From assembly GCA_951406725.2 (NCBI GenBank), contig OX597829.1:40610001-40674000 (forward strand): 64,000 bases of DNA. Direction: 5' to 3'. A program made the translations under genes and the position numbers. Numbering within the stretch: the first letter of the stretch is position 1; each line of letters starts with the position of its first letter. The notes under the pieces were generated by a model. The model did not search any database. It had not been told where the DNA came from and saw only the letters and a program-made list of their open reading frames with translations. Shown in pieces: positions 12,263 to 24,365 of the stretch. Source of the stretch: Octopus vulgaris. Lineage: Eukaryota.

Positions 12263-13529
12263 TTCTAAAAATTAATTGAAACAAAGGCACTGTGTTTTAA
12301 TAGAAATATGTTAATATGTTAGGCAACTGAGTGTGTGTGTGTGTGTGTTTGTGTGTGGTTCATTATTTCACGTTCCCTGTATTCTTTGTTAACACATTGG
12401 CAAAGATGGATGTACATAGTTTTTAGACAGAGTGAGGTGACTATAGCAACACATCTACTGTGTTTACAAGTGTGGAAAGTCTGCGAGTATATTTGGCACT
12501 CTAACCTTGCAAGCAATTAATTGTGTGGCCACTTCATGGCGCAACCAGGTTTGCTATAGTAACAAGAAAGTAATGGATTTTTTTTTGTTTTGTTTTGTTT
12601 TGTTTTTGTTTTTTTTTTTCCCTTCTCTTGCCAAAATTGGTAAAAATATTTGATGCAGTCGTCAGGTGTGTTTTCTCGTGAAAGATTTCTGTGATAAATT
12701 CCACGAAAAAGGTTACAAGATGGCTGAATTACTCCAAATCAGGAAGAAGGAATAAAAATAAAAAGAAAAATATAAAAAAAAAAGAAAAGAAATTAAAAGT
12801 AAAAAGAAAATAGAATGAAAGAAAGAAAAATCAATAAGTTTGGTTGGCTAAGAAAGTTGCTTTCACCTTAGAGACATCAGGCGATAGATACCTGGTTATA
12901 GTAAGGTCATGTGGTTAGAATCGATTCTGCGGACTGGATACGAGTGGGGAGTGGTGGCGGCGGTGGTGGTGGTGGTGGCGGCAGGAAACGACTGTTATGG
13001 AGAGAGAGTAATGATAACCAAGGCACCAAAATCATTGTCAATGTCAAAGCTTTCAAGGGATTTCTCTACCTTCCTTGCTACCGCCATCACTACCACTGAC
13101 AGCACCATCACTGCTACCACCAAAACCATCATTTCTACCACCAACACCATCACTATCACCAACAACACACACAGATGCACTTTGCAGAAACCAAGTGAAC
13201 AATGAGGATATGTGTGTGTGTGTGTGTGTGTGAGTACAAAAATATGTACAAATGTATATATGTGTATGTATATATAGTATGTGCATACACGTGGATATCT
13301 TTGTGTGTATGACCATGCACATGTTTGCATATATAGTGCGTGTGTGTACATATATGATTTTGTGTGCATGTAGGTCTATAAATGTATATGCGTGTGTGTG
13401 TTTGCGCATATTTCTCATTTCACAGGCTGGATTCTCTTGCAATCACCAACAGTTTTAGCTGCTTCTTATGAAATGGGTTCGCAGTGTATCTATTTAAAAT
13501 AGGATATATATATATATGTGTGTGTATGT

Positions 13530-14150
13530 ATCATCATCATCATCACCATCAACAACATCGTTTAACGTCTGCTTTCCATGCTAGCATGAGTTGGACGATT
13601 TGACTGAGGACTGGCGAACCAGATGGCTGCACCAGGCTCCAATCTTGATCTGGCAGAGTTTCTACAGCTGGATGCCCTTCCTAATGCCAACCACTCTGAG
13701 AGTGTAGTGGATGCTTTTACATGCTACCGGCATGAGGACCAGTCAGGCGGTACTGGCAACGACCGCGCTCAAATGGTGTTTTTTTACGTGCCACCTGCAC
13801 AGGAGCCAGTCCAGCAGCACTGGCAACAACCTCGCACTGGCAACAACCTCGCACTGGCAACAACCTCGCACTGGCAACAACCTCGCACTGGCAACAACCT
13901 CGCTCGAATGTTTTTTCCCGTTCCATTGGCACAAGTGTCAGTAAGGCGACGCTAGTAACAATTACACTCGAATGGTGCTTTTTACGTGCCACCAGCACAG
14001 AAGCCAGGTAGCTGCACTGTCAATGATCACGCTCGGATGATGCTCTTAGCGCTCCACTTGCACAGATGCCAGTCATCGAATTTGATTTTGATTTCACTTA
14101 CCTCAACAGGTCTTCACAAGCAGGGTTTAGTGTCCAATGAGGGAAAGGAA
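13530..14150 (-). mobile_element. Family C (RTE 3' UTR) with an internal 17-bp x5 tandem repeat at 13817-13901
   Basis: (CAT)n tail on the left; GCACTGGCAACAACCTC repeated five times. Confidence 0.8.
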
Positions 14151-14436
14151 CACATAAGTGGGTTGGTCACACTCCTGGAATAGGCCACAGAGAGAGAGAG
14201 AGAGAGAGAGACATATGTACACACACATGCACACACACGTGTATATGTATATACCTATAAACATGGATACATGTATGAACATATTAGATACAATTGTATA
14301 CATCATTATTTTAATTATCATTGCTTAGTCTGCCTTCTGTTAATTAATTCCAGCTTGATAAAGCTTTGTACACACCAGCAGTCTTATTATTTGCTGTTTA
14401 CATGTAAGACTGGGCTATGATTGACATATTTGGAGT

Positions 14437-14481
14437 CTCTAGCTGATGAAGCATAACAACACACAGAAGCATGTCCTACAG
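14437..14481 (+). ncRNA. Decayed hammerhead-like motif
   Basis: ctctag CTGATGA ... GAAG CATG TC ctacag; stem II lost and GAAA changed to GAAG; enclosed by a 12-bp inverted repeat (14409-14420 / 14497-14508). Confidence 0.3.
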
Positions 14482-14648
14482 TCTTTGTAACATCATTCAT
14501 AGCCCAGTGTGACATATTTTCACACATGTTGTCTATAAGGAGAATTTCTCTTCAGGGACTGTTATCACAGCAAAGGTCTTCCAACCTTTGAGTGTGCTTC
14601 AATGTGTGAAATATAAATGTATTTTTAATCGTTTTTCTGCTTAGTGCA

Positions 14649-14685
<37 letters not shown>

Positions 14686-14917
14686 GTGGTAACATGAGAA
14701 GCCATTTTTGAATACAAACCCTCTTAATGTGTATCTATCTATCTATATATACACACACACACACATATATATATATAAATACATATACACATATATATTT
14801 GTATATATACATATGTATACACACACACACATATATATATACATACATATATATATATGTGTGTATATATATATATATATATACATATATATATGTGTGT
14901 GTGTGTGTGTATATATA

Positions 14918-15030
14918 ATACAAATAAGAAAATGGAGAAACAAATTCAATTTGTTCATCAACTTACAGATATTACATAATTGATATCCCATAGTTGGTTA
15001 CATCCATAACCCCCTATCTTACTTTGTACC
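14918..15030. mobile_element. Short (TA)n-embedded interspersed element with a conserved hairpin; homolog at 36425-36551
   Basis: Shared aatggagaaaca...tatccca...ggtt-N-aacccc-tatct.acttt. Confidence 0.55.
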
Positions 15031-15084
15031 ATATATATATATATATATATATATGTATATTTGTGTGTATATATACATATATAT

Positions 15085-15465
15085 AGGAGTGGCTGTGTGG
15101 TAAGTAGCTTGTTTACCAACCACATGGTTCCGGGTTCAGTCCCACTGCGTGGCACCTTGGGCAAGTGTCTTCTACTATAGCTTCGGGCCGACCAAAGCCT
15201 TGTGAGTGGATTTGGTAGACGGAAACTGAAAGAAGCCCGTCGTATATATGTATATATATATTTATGCGTGTGTGTGTTTGTCCCCCTAGCATTGCTTGAC
15301 AACCGATGCTGGTGTGTTTATGTCCCCGTCACTTTGCAGTTCGGCAAAAGAGACCTATAGAATAAGTACTGGGCTTTCAAAAGAATAATTCCCGGGGTCG
15401 AGTTGCTCGATTAAAGGCGGTGCTCCAGCATGACCGCAGTCAAATGACTGAAACAAGTAGAAGAG
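15085..15465 (+). mobile_element. SINE family A, full length, sense orientation
   Basis: GGAGTGGCTGTGTGGTAAG...GGGTTCAGTCCC...GCACCTTGGGCAAGTGTCTT...GACTGAAACAAGTAGAAGAG. Confidence 0.9.
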
Positions 15466-15830
15466 TATATATATATATATATACAAGCACACACGTGTGT
15501 GTGTGTGTGGCAATTAATCAACCTATCATATGGATAAATATTTGATAGTTATATTTGAAAATATATTTTTATGATGTTCTAAACAATTAGCAAAAGGGTC
15601 CAATGAAATTCAGAGCAACACAGATACACATACACGTTGTGATATATAAATACAAAGAAAGTATGTGTGTGTGTGTGTGTGTGTGTACACATATGTATTG
15701 TAAAGAAATACTAACATAGGTAGATTATACTAGTGTTATACATATGTATGTATTTCAATAGGTGACTTGGTTTTATTTTTCCAGTCTCTCCATGCTAGCT
15801 GTAATGCAGATACACAAATCTATTAAATTC

Positions 15831-15867
<37 letters not shown>

Positions 15868-16152
15868 TTTTGTGATGTGTGTATGTATGATTATATTCAC
15901 ATCACAACAAGAAACAGATTGAGAGACCGTGACATTCTTAGTGGCTTTTCCTTTCTTCCACCTACAAGAAATTATGCAGAAGATGAAATGGCTGCCATAG
16001 AACAAAATGGTTATTTCAGTAAATAATTAATTTTTTAACTTGACTTCTTTTCCCAAATTCATCAGTATTTAATGTTAATTATATTGTGTTTGTTTCAAGA
16101 GAGAGAGAGAGAGAGAGAGAGATAGGCAAACAGACATGCAGATAGTTGTATG

Positions 16153-16392
16153 GAAGGCGGCAAGCTGGCAGAACTGTTAGCATGCTGGGCGAAATGCGTA
16201 GCCGTATTTCGTCTGCCGTTTCGTTCTGAGTTCAAATTTCGCCGAGGTCAACTTTGCCTTTCATACTTTCGGGGTCGATTAAATAAGTACCAGTTACACA
16301 CTGTGGTCGATGTAATCGACTTTATCCATTTGTCTGTCCTCGTTTGTCCCCTCTACTATGTGTTTAGCCACTTGTGGGCAATAAAGAAACAG
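16153..16392 (+). mobile_element. tRNA-derived SINE family B with a Meta-domain-like centre
   Basis: AAGGCGGC...GAGTTCAAAT (B box)...GCCTTTCAT.CTTTCGGGGTCGAT.AAATAAGTACCAG; flanked by a duplicated atagttgtatgga. Confidence 0.85.
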
Positions 16393-16419
16393 ATAGTTGT
16401 ATGGATGTTTTTTTATCCT

Positions 16420-16932
16420 TTGTCTTATACATGTTTCAGTCAGAGGACTGCAGTTATGCTGAGGCACTGCTCTTGAAGAATTTAGAACAAATCAACCCCG
16501 GTACTTTTTTTTTCTTTTTACATATCTCTTTTACTGAACTGCTAAGTTATAGGGATGTAAACAAACCAACACCAATTGTCAAGCAGTGGTTAGTGAGAAA
16601 CGTTAGCATGCCTAGCGAAATGCTTAGTGGTATTTTGTCTGTCGTTACATTCTGAGTTCAAATTCTGTCAAGGTTAACTTTGCCTTTCGTTCTTTCGTGG
16701 TCGATTAAATAAGTACCAGTTACGTACTGGGGTCGATATAATCGACTTACTCCGTTTGTCTGTCCTTGTTTGTCCTCTCTGCGTTTATCCCCTTGTGGGT
16801 AGTAAAGGAATAGGCTAGTGACAAACAAACACAAAAAATACATGCACACATACACACGATGGGCTTTTTTCAGTTTCCATTTACCAAATCCACTCACAAG
16901 GCTGTAGTACAAGACATTAGTCCAAAGTGCCA
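16420..16932 (-). mobile_element. Old SINE A interrupted by SINE B (16595-16812, +)
   Basis: Colinear A fragments on either side of the B copy. Confidence 0.7.
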
Positions 16933-17156
16933 ACTCATTTTTCATAGTTGAACATCTATAAATTAATAACATGTAAAGAATGTGATACCATATCTTCTAA
17001 AAAAAATTATTTTGTGAGTAATTGTGTGAGTATGTGTAACAGTTGAAGGTGCATGTGTATATGAAAGAGAAAGAGAAACTGAAATTGATGGAAGGTAGTG
17101 GTAATTCTTTGAGCAATATGAATATAGTATTGTAATAGTATGTGTGCCAGTGTAGT

Positions 17157-17495
17157 GAAGGCACATGGCTCAGTGGTTAGAGTGACGAGCTTACGATCGA
17201 GAGGTTGTAAGTTCGAATCCCGGACCGGGCTGCATGTTGTGTTCTTGAGCAAGACACTTTATTTCACGTTGCTCCAGTTCACTCAGCTATAAAAATGAGT
17301 TGTGACATCACTGGTGCCAAGCTCTGTCGGCTCCTTTGCCTTTCCCTTGGATAACGTCAGTGGTGTGGAGAGGGGAGGACGGTATGCGTTGGGCGACTGC
17401 TGGTCTTCCATAAACAAACTTGCCCAGACTTGTGTCTGGGAGGGTAACTTTCTAGGTGCAATCCCATGGTCAGTCATGACCGAAGGAGTCTCAAC
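17157..17495 (+). mobile_element. tRNA-derived CORE-SINE family E
   Basis: A box TGGCTCAGTGG, B box GTTCGAATCC, CORE-like TGTGTTCTTGAGCAAGACACTT...CACTCAGCT..AAATGAGT; second copy at 24740. Confidence 0.85.
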
Positions 17496-18025
17496 AACGA
17501 CAACAGCCGGTGTGGTATTGGCATAATGCAGTAGTATGATATCAACCTAATATGGCATAATGAGATGTATATGATATTGATTTAATAAGATGGGTAAGAA
17601 GCCAGTGAGTTTTTAGCCATGAAACAAGGTACCATGTGGCTGGCTAGATGGAAAAGGGATGAAATGAATACAAGTATGGGGGTTTCTCAGTGAAGGTGGT
17701 TAGATGAAAATTAACCAGTGTTTTTAACTGTGCTGGGAAATGGAAGCACTGTAATGTTACAAGAAACTGCAAACAGCAAGATGAAGTTGTGAGTTCCTGG
17801 AATAACTGAAGTGCAGCAGGCAATTGTTGTAAGTGTTCCATTGTTAGTCTTTCAGATATCCAACAAATGCTCTCTAAAACAATTGGATAACCTCTAAACC
17901 ACAAAGTTCACATTCAAACTGTCTACATCTGGTCCAAATGTTGTTCCTAGTTTGTGTTCAAACCCACCAAATCCAGCTTCCCACACCTACCCTCAAACGT
18001 CAGTCTAAAAATTAACAACCACTTC

Positions 18026-18553
18026 GATGACTGGCATCTGTACTAGCAGGGTACAAAGAGCACCATACGAGTCTGATCATTGACAGAACGGCTAACCGGC
18101 ATGGAAGCCGGTTAGCCGGTTAGCGTGATCGTTACCAGCGTTGCACTACTGGCACTCGAGCCCCGTGCTAGTAGGGTATTAAGAGCACCATCCGAGCGTG
18201 ATCGCTGCCAGAGCAGCTATCTGTCCTCCGTGCCGGTGGCACATAAAAGACACTATTCAAGCGTAATCGTTACCAGCATCACCTTACTGGCACCCGTGCC
18301 GGTGGCATGTGTAAAAGATTCAAGTGAGGTCGTTGCTAGTACCGCTTGACTGGCCCCCGTGCCGGTGACATGTAAAAAGCACCCACTACACTCTTGGAGT
18401 GGTTGGTGTTAGGAAGGGCATCCAATTGTAGAAACCCTGCCAGATCAAGATTGAGGCCTGGTACAGCCATCTGGTTTGCCAGCCCTCAATCAAAATCGTC
18501 CAACCCACACTAGCATGGAAAGCGGACATTAAATAATGATGGTGATGATGATG
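18026..18553 (+). mobile_element. Family C (RTE 3' UTR)
   Basis: Colinear with 4895-5432. Confidence 0.8.
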
Positions 18554-18609
18554 TCAAAATCTCAAAGCTATGAAATAATGTGTAAAGGAATAAGCATTAT
18601 ATTTGACTG

Positions 18610-18999
18610 CAGCGTGGAGGCGCAATGGCCCAGTGGTTAGGGCAGCGGACTCGCGGTCATAGGATCGCAGTTTCGATTCCCAGACCGGGCGTTGTGAGTG
18701 TTTATTGAGCGAAAACACCTAAAGCACCACGAGGCTCCGACAGGGGATGGTGGTGATCCCTGCTGTACTCTTTCACCACAACTTTCTCTCACTCTTACTT
18801 CCTGTTTCTGTTGTACCTGTATTTCAAGGGGCCGGCCTTGCCACTCTCTGTGTCATGCTGAATATCCCCGAGAACTACGTTAAGGGTACACGTGTCTGTG
18901 GAGTGCTCAGCCACTTACACGTTAATTTCACGAGCAGGCTGTTCCATTGATTCGGATCAACCGGAACCCTCGTCGTCGTAACCGACGGAGTGCTTCCAC
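18610..18999 (+). mobile_element. SINE family D, tail variant 2, with an 11-bp TSD
   Basis: atatttgactg at 18599-18609 and 19000-19010. Confidence 0.9.
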
Positions 19000-19439
19000 A
19001 TATTTGACTGAGTCATCCAAATGTGATAGGGTTAATGCAGTACATGTTATAAAAGAGCTACTTTATAAATTTTCTCATCCTGAGTTCTTCAGTTGCTCTT
19101 TTTTTTTATTTTAGTTATTTATTTTGTGGATTGTACCTAGCCTAGAAAATTCGTGGATCTAGTATTTTAATGGATCCTGGTTAGTGTATGAGATGTTCTG
19201 ATTTTACTTTTCAATGTAAAATAGTTTTGTCATTTATAGAACACTAGTGTTGCCAGGTCATAGTGCGCACATATACGCGAGTACTGTCCAAATCTCCGAC
19301 CAATCACATACAGCTAGCTGGCATTCAATTGACATATCAAGTTTCAGGCACTTTGATTGGGTTTTGGATAGAAAATTCACAAAATGTCACTTCTATTGAC
19401 TTTTTAATGGCTTCGTGGGGTGACTGGGGAAATGTAAAG

Positions 19440-19620
19440 ATGTGCACGACCACCCTTGGATGGTTTTAAATGACCATAGAAAGTGCAAGCCCCTAACTAA
19501 AAATTGTGGATTTGTATAAAGCACACTTGTGTGTGTCCTTTATACAAATCCACAATTTTTCAGTTAGGGGCTTGCACTTTCTATGGTCATTTAAAACCGT
19601 CCAAGGGTGGTCGTGCACAT
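19440..19620. repeat. Near-perfect palindrome with ~82-bp arms at the end of a putative Helitron/Helentron-like non-autonomous element (~19243-19630)
   Basis: 19440-19521 versus 19538-19620 differ by one substitution and one 1-bp indel; the element class is only a guess from the ACTAG start. Confidence 0.85.
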
Positions 19621-21924
19621 ATAAGTTTCAGGTTTTAAGGGGGAAAATTTATTCCTGGTTTTATGGAGGGAAATAAGCTCTAGGTTCTACTTGTGATGGG
19701 CTGGTATTTTGTATTGGGGAAGATCTATTTCTAATCCTCTTTCTTTTATTAATTGGTTTGTGTTTGTTTCCATAATCATTTGAATTGACAGCAGTGTATT
19801 ACTGGTATAGGTTTGCTGTTAATTGAGCTAATAACATCAATCAACTGAATAGTCAGCAATTGTGCACTGAGTCCATGATCAAGAAATGTAATGCTTAGGA
19901 ACTCAGTACGTCTAACGATAGTTAAACTCTGAACACTTAATTACTGTAAGGAGCAGGAGGTCTTTTTAATTAACGAGCATTTCCTTAATGTGCAGCACTG
20001 AGTTGGAATTGCCATTTCTCTGTGAGTGAGGCATCAGGTTGGTTGATCTCAATCTAGTTGATGGATTTGGTTTACATTTAGATACACAGAAGCTGCTGAT
20101 GTCTTCATGAAGGGGATCCTGTGAGGAACAGAATGCACTGTGGAATCTTCTTTTCTGTAATTGACCTTAGGGGGAATGAATGGTAAAATCACTGCAAACT
20201 GTGTCTGAACTCTTAAACAGTGGAGAGGCGAATTAGAGTAACATACCTAATCTGGTTTTTGTGTTGTGTTGCTTTGGCCCAAAATTGCGGGTAATAAAAG
20301 TTGCATTTGCGGATTCAGTCCGAATAAAAATATTGTCAGTGGTAATATGTCATTAGAGCAGACCTGCTATTGGTATAAATAAAGGAAGAAAAGGATAACA
20401 ATAATAATAAAGCAGTTTAATAAGCTCTGCAGATCAATGTGACTTGGGTTTTTATGTTCTGTTATAAAATCATTGTTAGAAAAAAACTGGCAGGTTGTTG
20501 TTACTAAGTGTGGTTTTAATGTTCAACAGCTGGCCTCACAGAAGTAAAGTGTTCAACAGCTTGAAAAGCTGTTTTTTTCCACCCCACCCTGCACTAAGTT
20601 TGTCTGGGTGGGGAGGTTGGCCGTACTAAGTATCAATTACACTGTAACATATATAATATTAAATGCCACACTCTGTGTGTACATATGTGTGTCTTTCTCT
20701 CCCTCCCTCTTTATAAGAGTTGAATACTTTATCAGGTAAGTTTGTTTTTTGGGGTTTTTTTTCTTTTTTTAATGAACGTTTTTCTTTGAACATATTTTTA
20801 AGAATAGAGAGCTTGTGTTATTTTCATATACTTTTTTTTTTTTTCTGAATAATTAAGAATTTCGAAGTGTCATAGAGTTAGTACACTTTTTCTTTTCATG
20901 CTAATTGAGCTGGTGTTTGGAGTAGAACTTAAAAAAAAAAAAAAGATTCTGATACTATAAAAGAGCATTTTTATACCCTTCGTTACATTGTCATTTATGT
21001 AAATTGAGTTGGTTCCTTACGTTTTCCGATTGCTTAAATACAAGAACAAGAAAAAGGGCATTCAAATTCCGCTGAGGTCAACTTTGCCTTCCATCTTTTC
21101 AGGATCGATAAAATAAGTACCAGTTGAGCACTGGGGTCGATGTCATCAACAATCTCCCCTCTCATAAAATTGTCGCCCTTGTGCCTATAACAGAAAGGAC
21201 TAATTAAGCTGGTGTTTGAAATGTAAATTAACATAAAATTTGGATGGAGGATTTTAATTTAGCTCACTTTATGCATGAAATTTGTATCTTAGAACCAGAG
21301 GAAGCCTCAAGTGGGTTGATAGCAAAAGGGTTAAATTTTTCATCATCATCATCAACATCATGCTACTTTTTCCAAGCTAGCACGGGTCAGATGAGATTTC
21401 TTGAGCCATTCTTCTACAGTCCGGTACATTTCCTGTCACCAACATTTATTAGTAAGCGAGATACTTTGTTCTTACTGATCTTTGGGCACCTGACTGCCAA
21501 ACTGTTGAACATAAAACAAATGATGCTACCGATCAAGCAATGCCTGTTCAGAAGCACACAGAGACAAATTATTTGAGAATACCAGCATATTGCTTTCATT
21601 CAGGTTTTTATTTTCTCTGTTTTGTTTTTTTTTGTTGTTTTTTTTGTTCTTTCTCTTTTGTTATTTTCTTGCTATAACCACCATTGGTATTTTTTCAACA
21701 GACAATGTTGATGTTTTTTATGTTGTATAGTTAATTAAGTTACAGAAGGTAACCAAGTTAAGGTATTGTCAATATATATATATATATAGATAGATTTGTT
21801 TTTTTTTATAAGGCGCTGAGCTGGTAGAATCAATAGCAAGCAGGGTTCAAAATGCTAAGTGGCATTTTATCCATCTTCACATTTTGAGTGCAAATACCAC
21901 TGAGGTTGACTTTGCCTTTCATCA

Positions 21925-22312
21925 CCCGTGCTAGTAGGGTGCCAAGAGCACCATCCGAGCGTGATCGTTACCAGAGCAGCCAACTGGCTCCATGCCGGCG
22001 GCATGTAAAAGTGCACCATTCGAGCGTGATCGTTACCAACATTGCCTTACTGGCACCTGTGCTGGTGGCATGTGTAAAAAGATGCGAGCGAGGTCATTGC
22101 CAGTACCGCCTGACTGGCCCCCGTGCCGGTGGCACGTAATAAGCACCCACTACACTCTCAGAGTGGTTGGCGTTAGGAAGGGCATCCAGCTGTAGAAACT
22201 CTGCCAGATCAACATTGGAGCCTGGTGTGGCCGTCTGGTTTGCTAGCCCTCAGTCAAAATCGTCCAATCCATGCTAGCATGGAAGGTGGACGTTAAACGA
22301 GGATGATGATGA
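21925..22312 (+). mobile_element. Family C nested in an old SINE B (21810-22410)
   Basis: The B sequence gcctttcatc resumes after the (GAT)n tail as ggtcaataaa...agtaccagttg. Confidence 0.75.
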
Positions 22313-22699
22313 AGGTCAATAAAAAAAGTACCAGTTGAGTACTGGGGTCAGTGTAATCAACTTAGCCCCTCCCCCCGAAATTGCTGGCTTCGTGCCAAAA
22401 TTTGAAATCACTATACAAAGATTTTTGGCAACAGCCATAGAATGGTGATCTTAGCCCTGAAAAGTAGTCGGGGCATGCATTTTTTGCTCCCAGCTGCAGC
22501 AATTTCACTTCACTTCCTCCATATTTTTACCCGTTAACGGAATAGGTATGACCTTCAAACAGTCTTTTCCTTGCTTTCATCATCTTCATCCTCATCGTCT
22601 TCATCATCCTATCTCCATTCACCATGTTGACATGGGTTGGATTTCCTTTATAAATTTTAAATTTCAAGCTTGTGCTTCTGTTAGAAATTTATTCTTCTT

Positions 22700-22922
22700 C
22701 ATCTCTTTGTCTCTCTTTCTCTCCCTCTATTTGTCAATCTCTCTCTCTCTATTTATCTTTCTCTTTTCTTCTCTCTTTCTGTCTTTCTCTGTGTCTCTCT
22801 CATGCCTTCTCTCTCTCTCTTTCACTCCATCTCTTGTACCAACTTTCTCTATCTCTGTCTCTCTCTCTCATACTATCTCTCTCTCACTCCATATCTCACT
22901 CTCTCCCATACCAACTCTTGCG

Positions 22923-22975
<53 letters not shown>
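22700..22975. repeat. (CT)n-rich polypyrimidine tract
   Basis: Direct reading; similar tracts at 26209-26290, 28860-28980 and 41495-41560. Confidence 0.9.
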
Positions 22976-22977
<2 letters not shown>

Positions 22978-23328
22978 GTTTCCTTTTGGGAAAGAACTAC
23001 CCTTCTCACTTTGCTACCTGTCTTCATAATGTAGCACTCATTTCTAGCATCTCAAAAGGTGGAAAGGACAATGAGCATTGATAACAATCTTCTCCCACCT
23101 CCTTAATATCTACATAAAATCTATCAGGATGGCTTTTGAAACAAACAAACAAACAAACAAAAAAAAAAAAGCCATATCGACTGGAGACTTGTGTCAGTCT
23201 GTAGCAGAAACAAACTCTCCTGTATTAATGACCTGAAGGAACAGAGTATTTCGTTATACAACCATACAACAAAGAATATTAACCATTAATACCGGGTTCC
23301 ACTGTTAAGCATTTTATATGCTTTGTAG

Positions 23329-23610
23329 TCTTTTCACTACAAAGACTACAAAATGCTCTCTTGTGAAAAGTAGGAGAGTCCAGCTTGCTGGACATTGTTG
23401 TAGAGCTGAAAACAAGGTAATTTCTACTCTTCTCCTCTGGAAGCCATCTGCTCGCTACACCAGAGGGCGCGCACTCTCCTACCCTGATGTAATTTCCAAG
23501 GATACAGGCATCCAGCAACAGGACCTCCGTAATGCTATGATGGACTGTGAAGTCTGGCGTAACATAGTAAGTTCCACTGTCTCGACCACGGTCGAACAAT
23601 GATGATGATG
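23329..23610 (+). mobile_element. 5'-truncated RTE/RTE-X LINE (ORF2 C-terminus, (TGA)n tail, 11-bp TSD)
   Basis: ORF ...VKSRRVQLAGHCCRAENKVISTLLLWKP...RGRALSYPDVISKDTG...AMMDCEVWR; atgctttgtag at 23318-23328 and 23611-23621. Confidence 0.85.
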
Positions 23611-23785
23611 ATGCTTTGTAGCATATTATGGTTGCATAACAAAATATGGTGTCTCTACAAGTCAACATTTACATACCAGCTTCCAGGAATGTGTTTACTA
23701 TGTAAACTGGTATATCCAATAATGTTACATTGCTGTAATTTAATGGGTATTTAAGCAGCGAATTCATTGATGATTAATGGTTTGG

Positions 23786-23838
23786 ATGGGTGCTGATGAA
23801 GGAGGCAAAAACTCGTGAAATGTGTCATAGACGCCCAT
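23786..23838 (+). ncRNA. Decayed hammerhead motif in a probable PLE pseudo-LTR
   Basis: atgggtg CTGATGA ag GAG-gcaaaaa-CTC gt GAAA tgtg TC ataga cgcccat; TGTG fits CpG decay of a palindromic CGCG; TATTTAAG upstream. Confidence 0.4.
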
Positions 23839-24082
23839 TACCCACTTTACATCTTCAGTCGCATTGTTGTTTTACATTTGATATCTCGGATATGAAACAT
23901 TGTAACAAAATCTGTGCTGGCTGTTAATTTCTGTACAGAATCTGTGGAGATGACCTTAATGAGTGAAACTCTCTTGTGTCACTCGTTAAATATAGGGAAC
24001 AGTTTTATTGCTCTTCTCATCAGCAAATCATTCAACTATATCTGCCACGTGATGTGGCACAAGGCCTGACATTTGGGATGGC

Positions 24083-24365
24083 AAAATGCCGGTGGCATGT
24101 AAAAAGCACCAACCGATCGAGGCCGTTGCCAGCTTCCCCTGGCACCTGTGCCAGTGGCACGTAAAAAGCACCCACTACACTCATGGAGTGGTTAGCGTTA
24201 GGAAGGGCATCCAGCCGTAGAAACACTGCCAGATCAGACTCTAGTCCGGCTTTGGCCGGCCTGAGGCTATAGTAGAAGACACTTGCCCAAGGTGCTACGC
24301 AGTGGATTGAACCTGGAACCATGTGGTTGGTAAGCAAGCTACTTACCACTCAGCCACTCCTGTGC
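24083..24365. mobile_element. Family C fragment (+) fused to a SINE A head (-)
   Basis: Junction near 24240. Confidence 0.7.

Larger units (their letters stand above)
17905..19036. mobile_element. Old piggyBac-like MITE (30950 family) split by two nested retro-insertions
   Basis: MITE pieces at 17905-18025, 18554-18609 and 19000-19036, ending GGGTTAA. Confidence 0.6.

Noticed and set aside
17157-17232. tRNA genes at SINE heads (also 10561, 18610 and 24740)
   Set aside because: A/B boxes are present, but there is no closed acceptor stem and each continues into a repeated SINE body.
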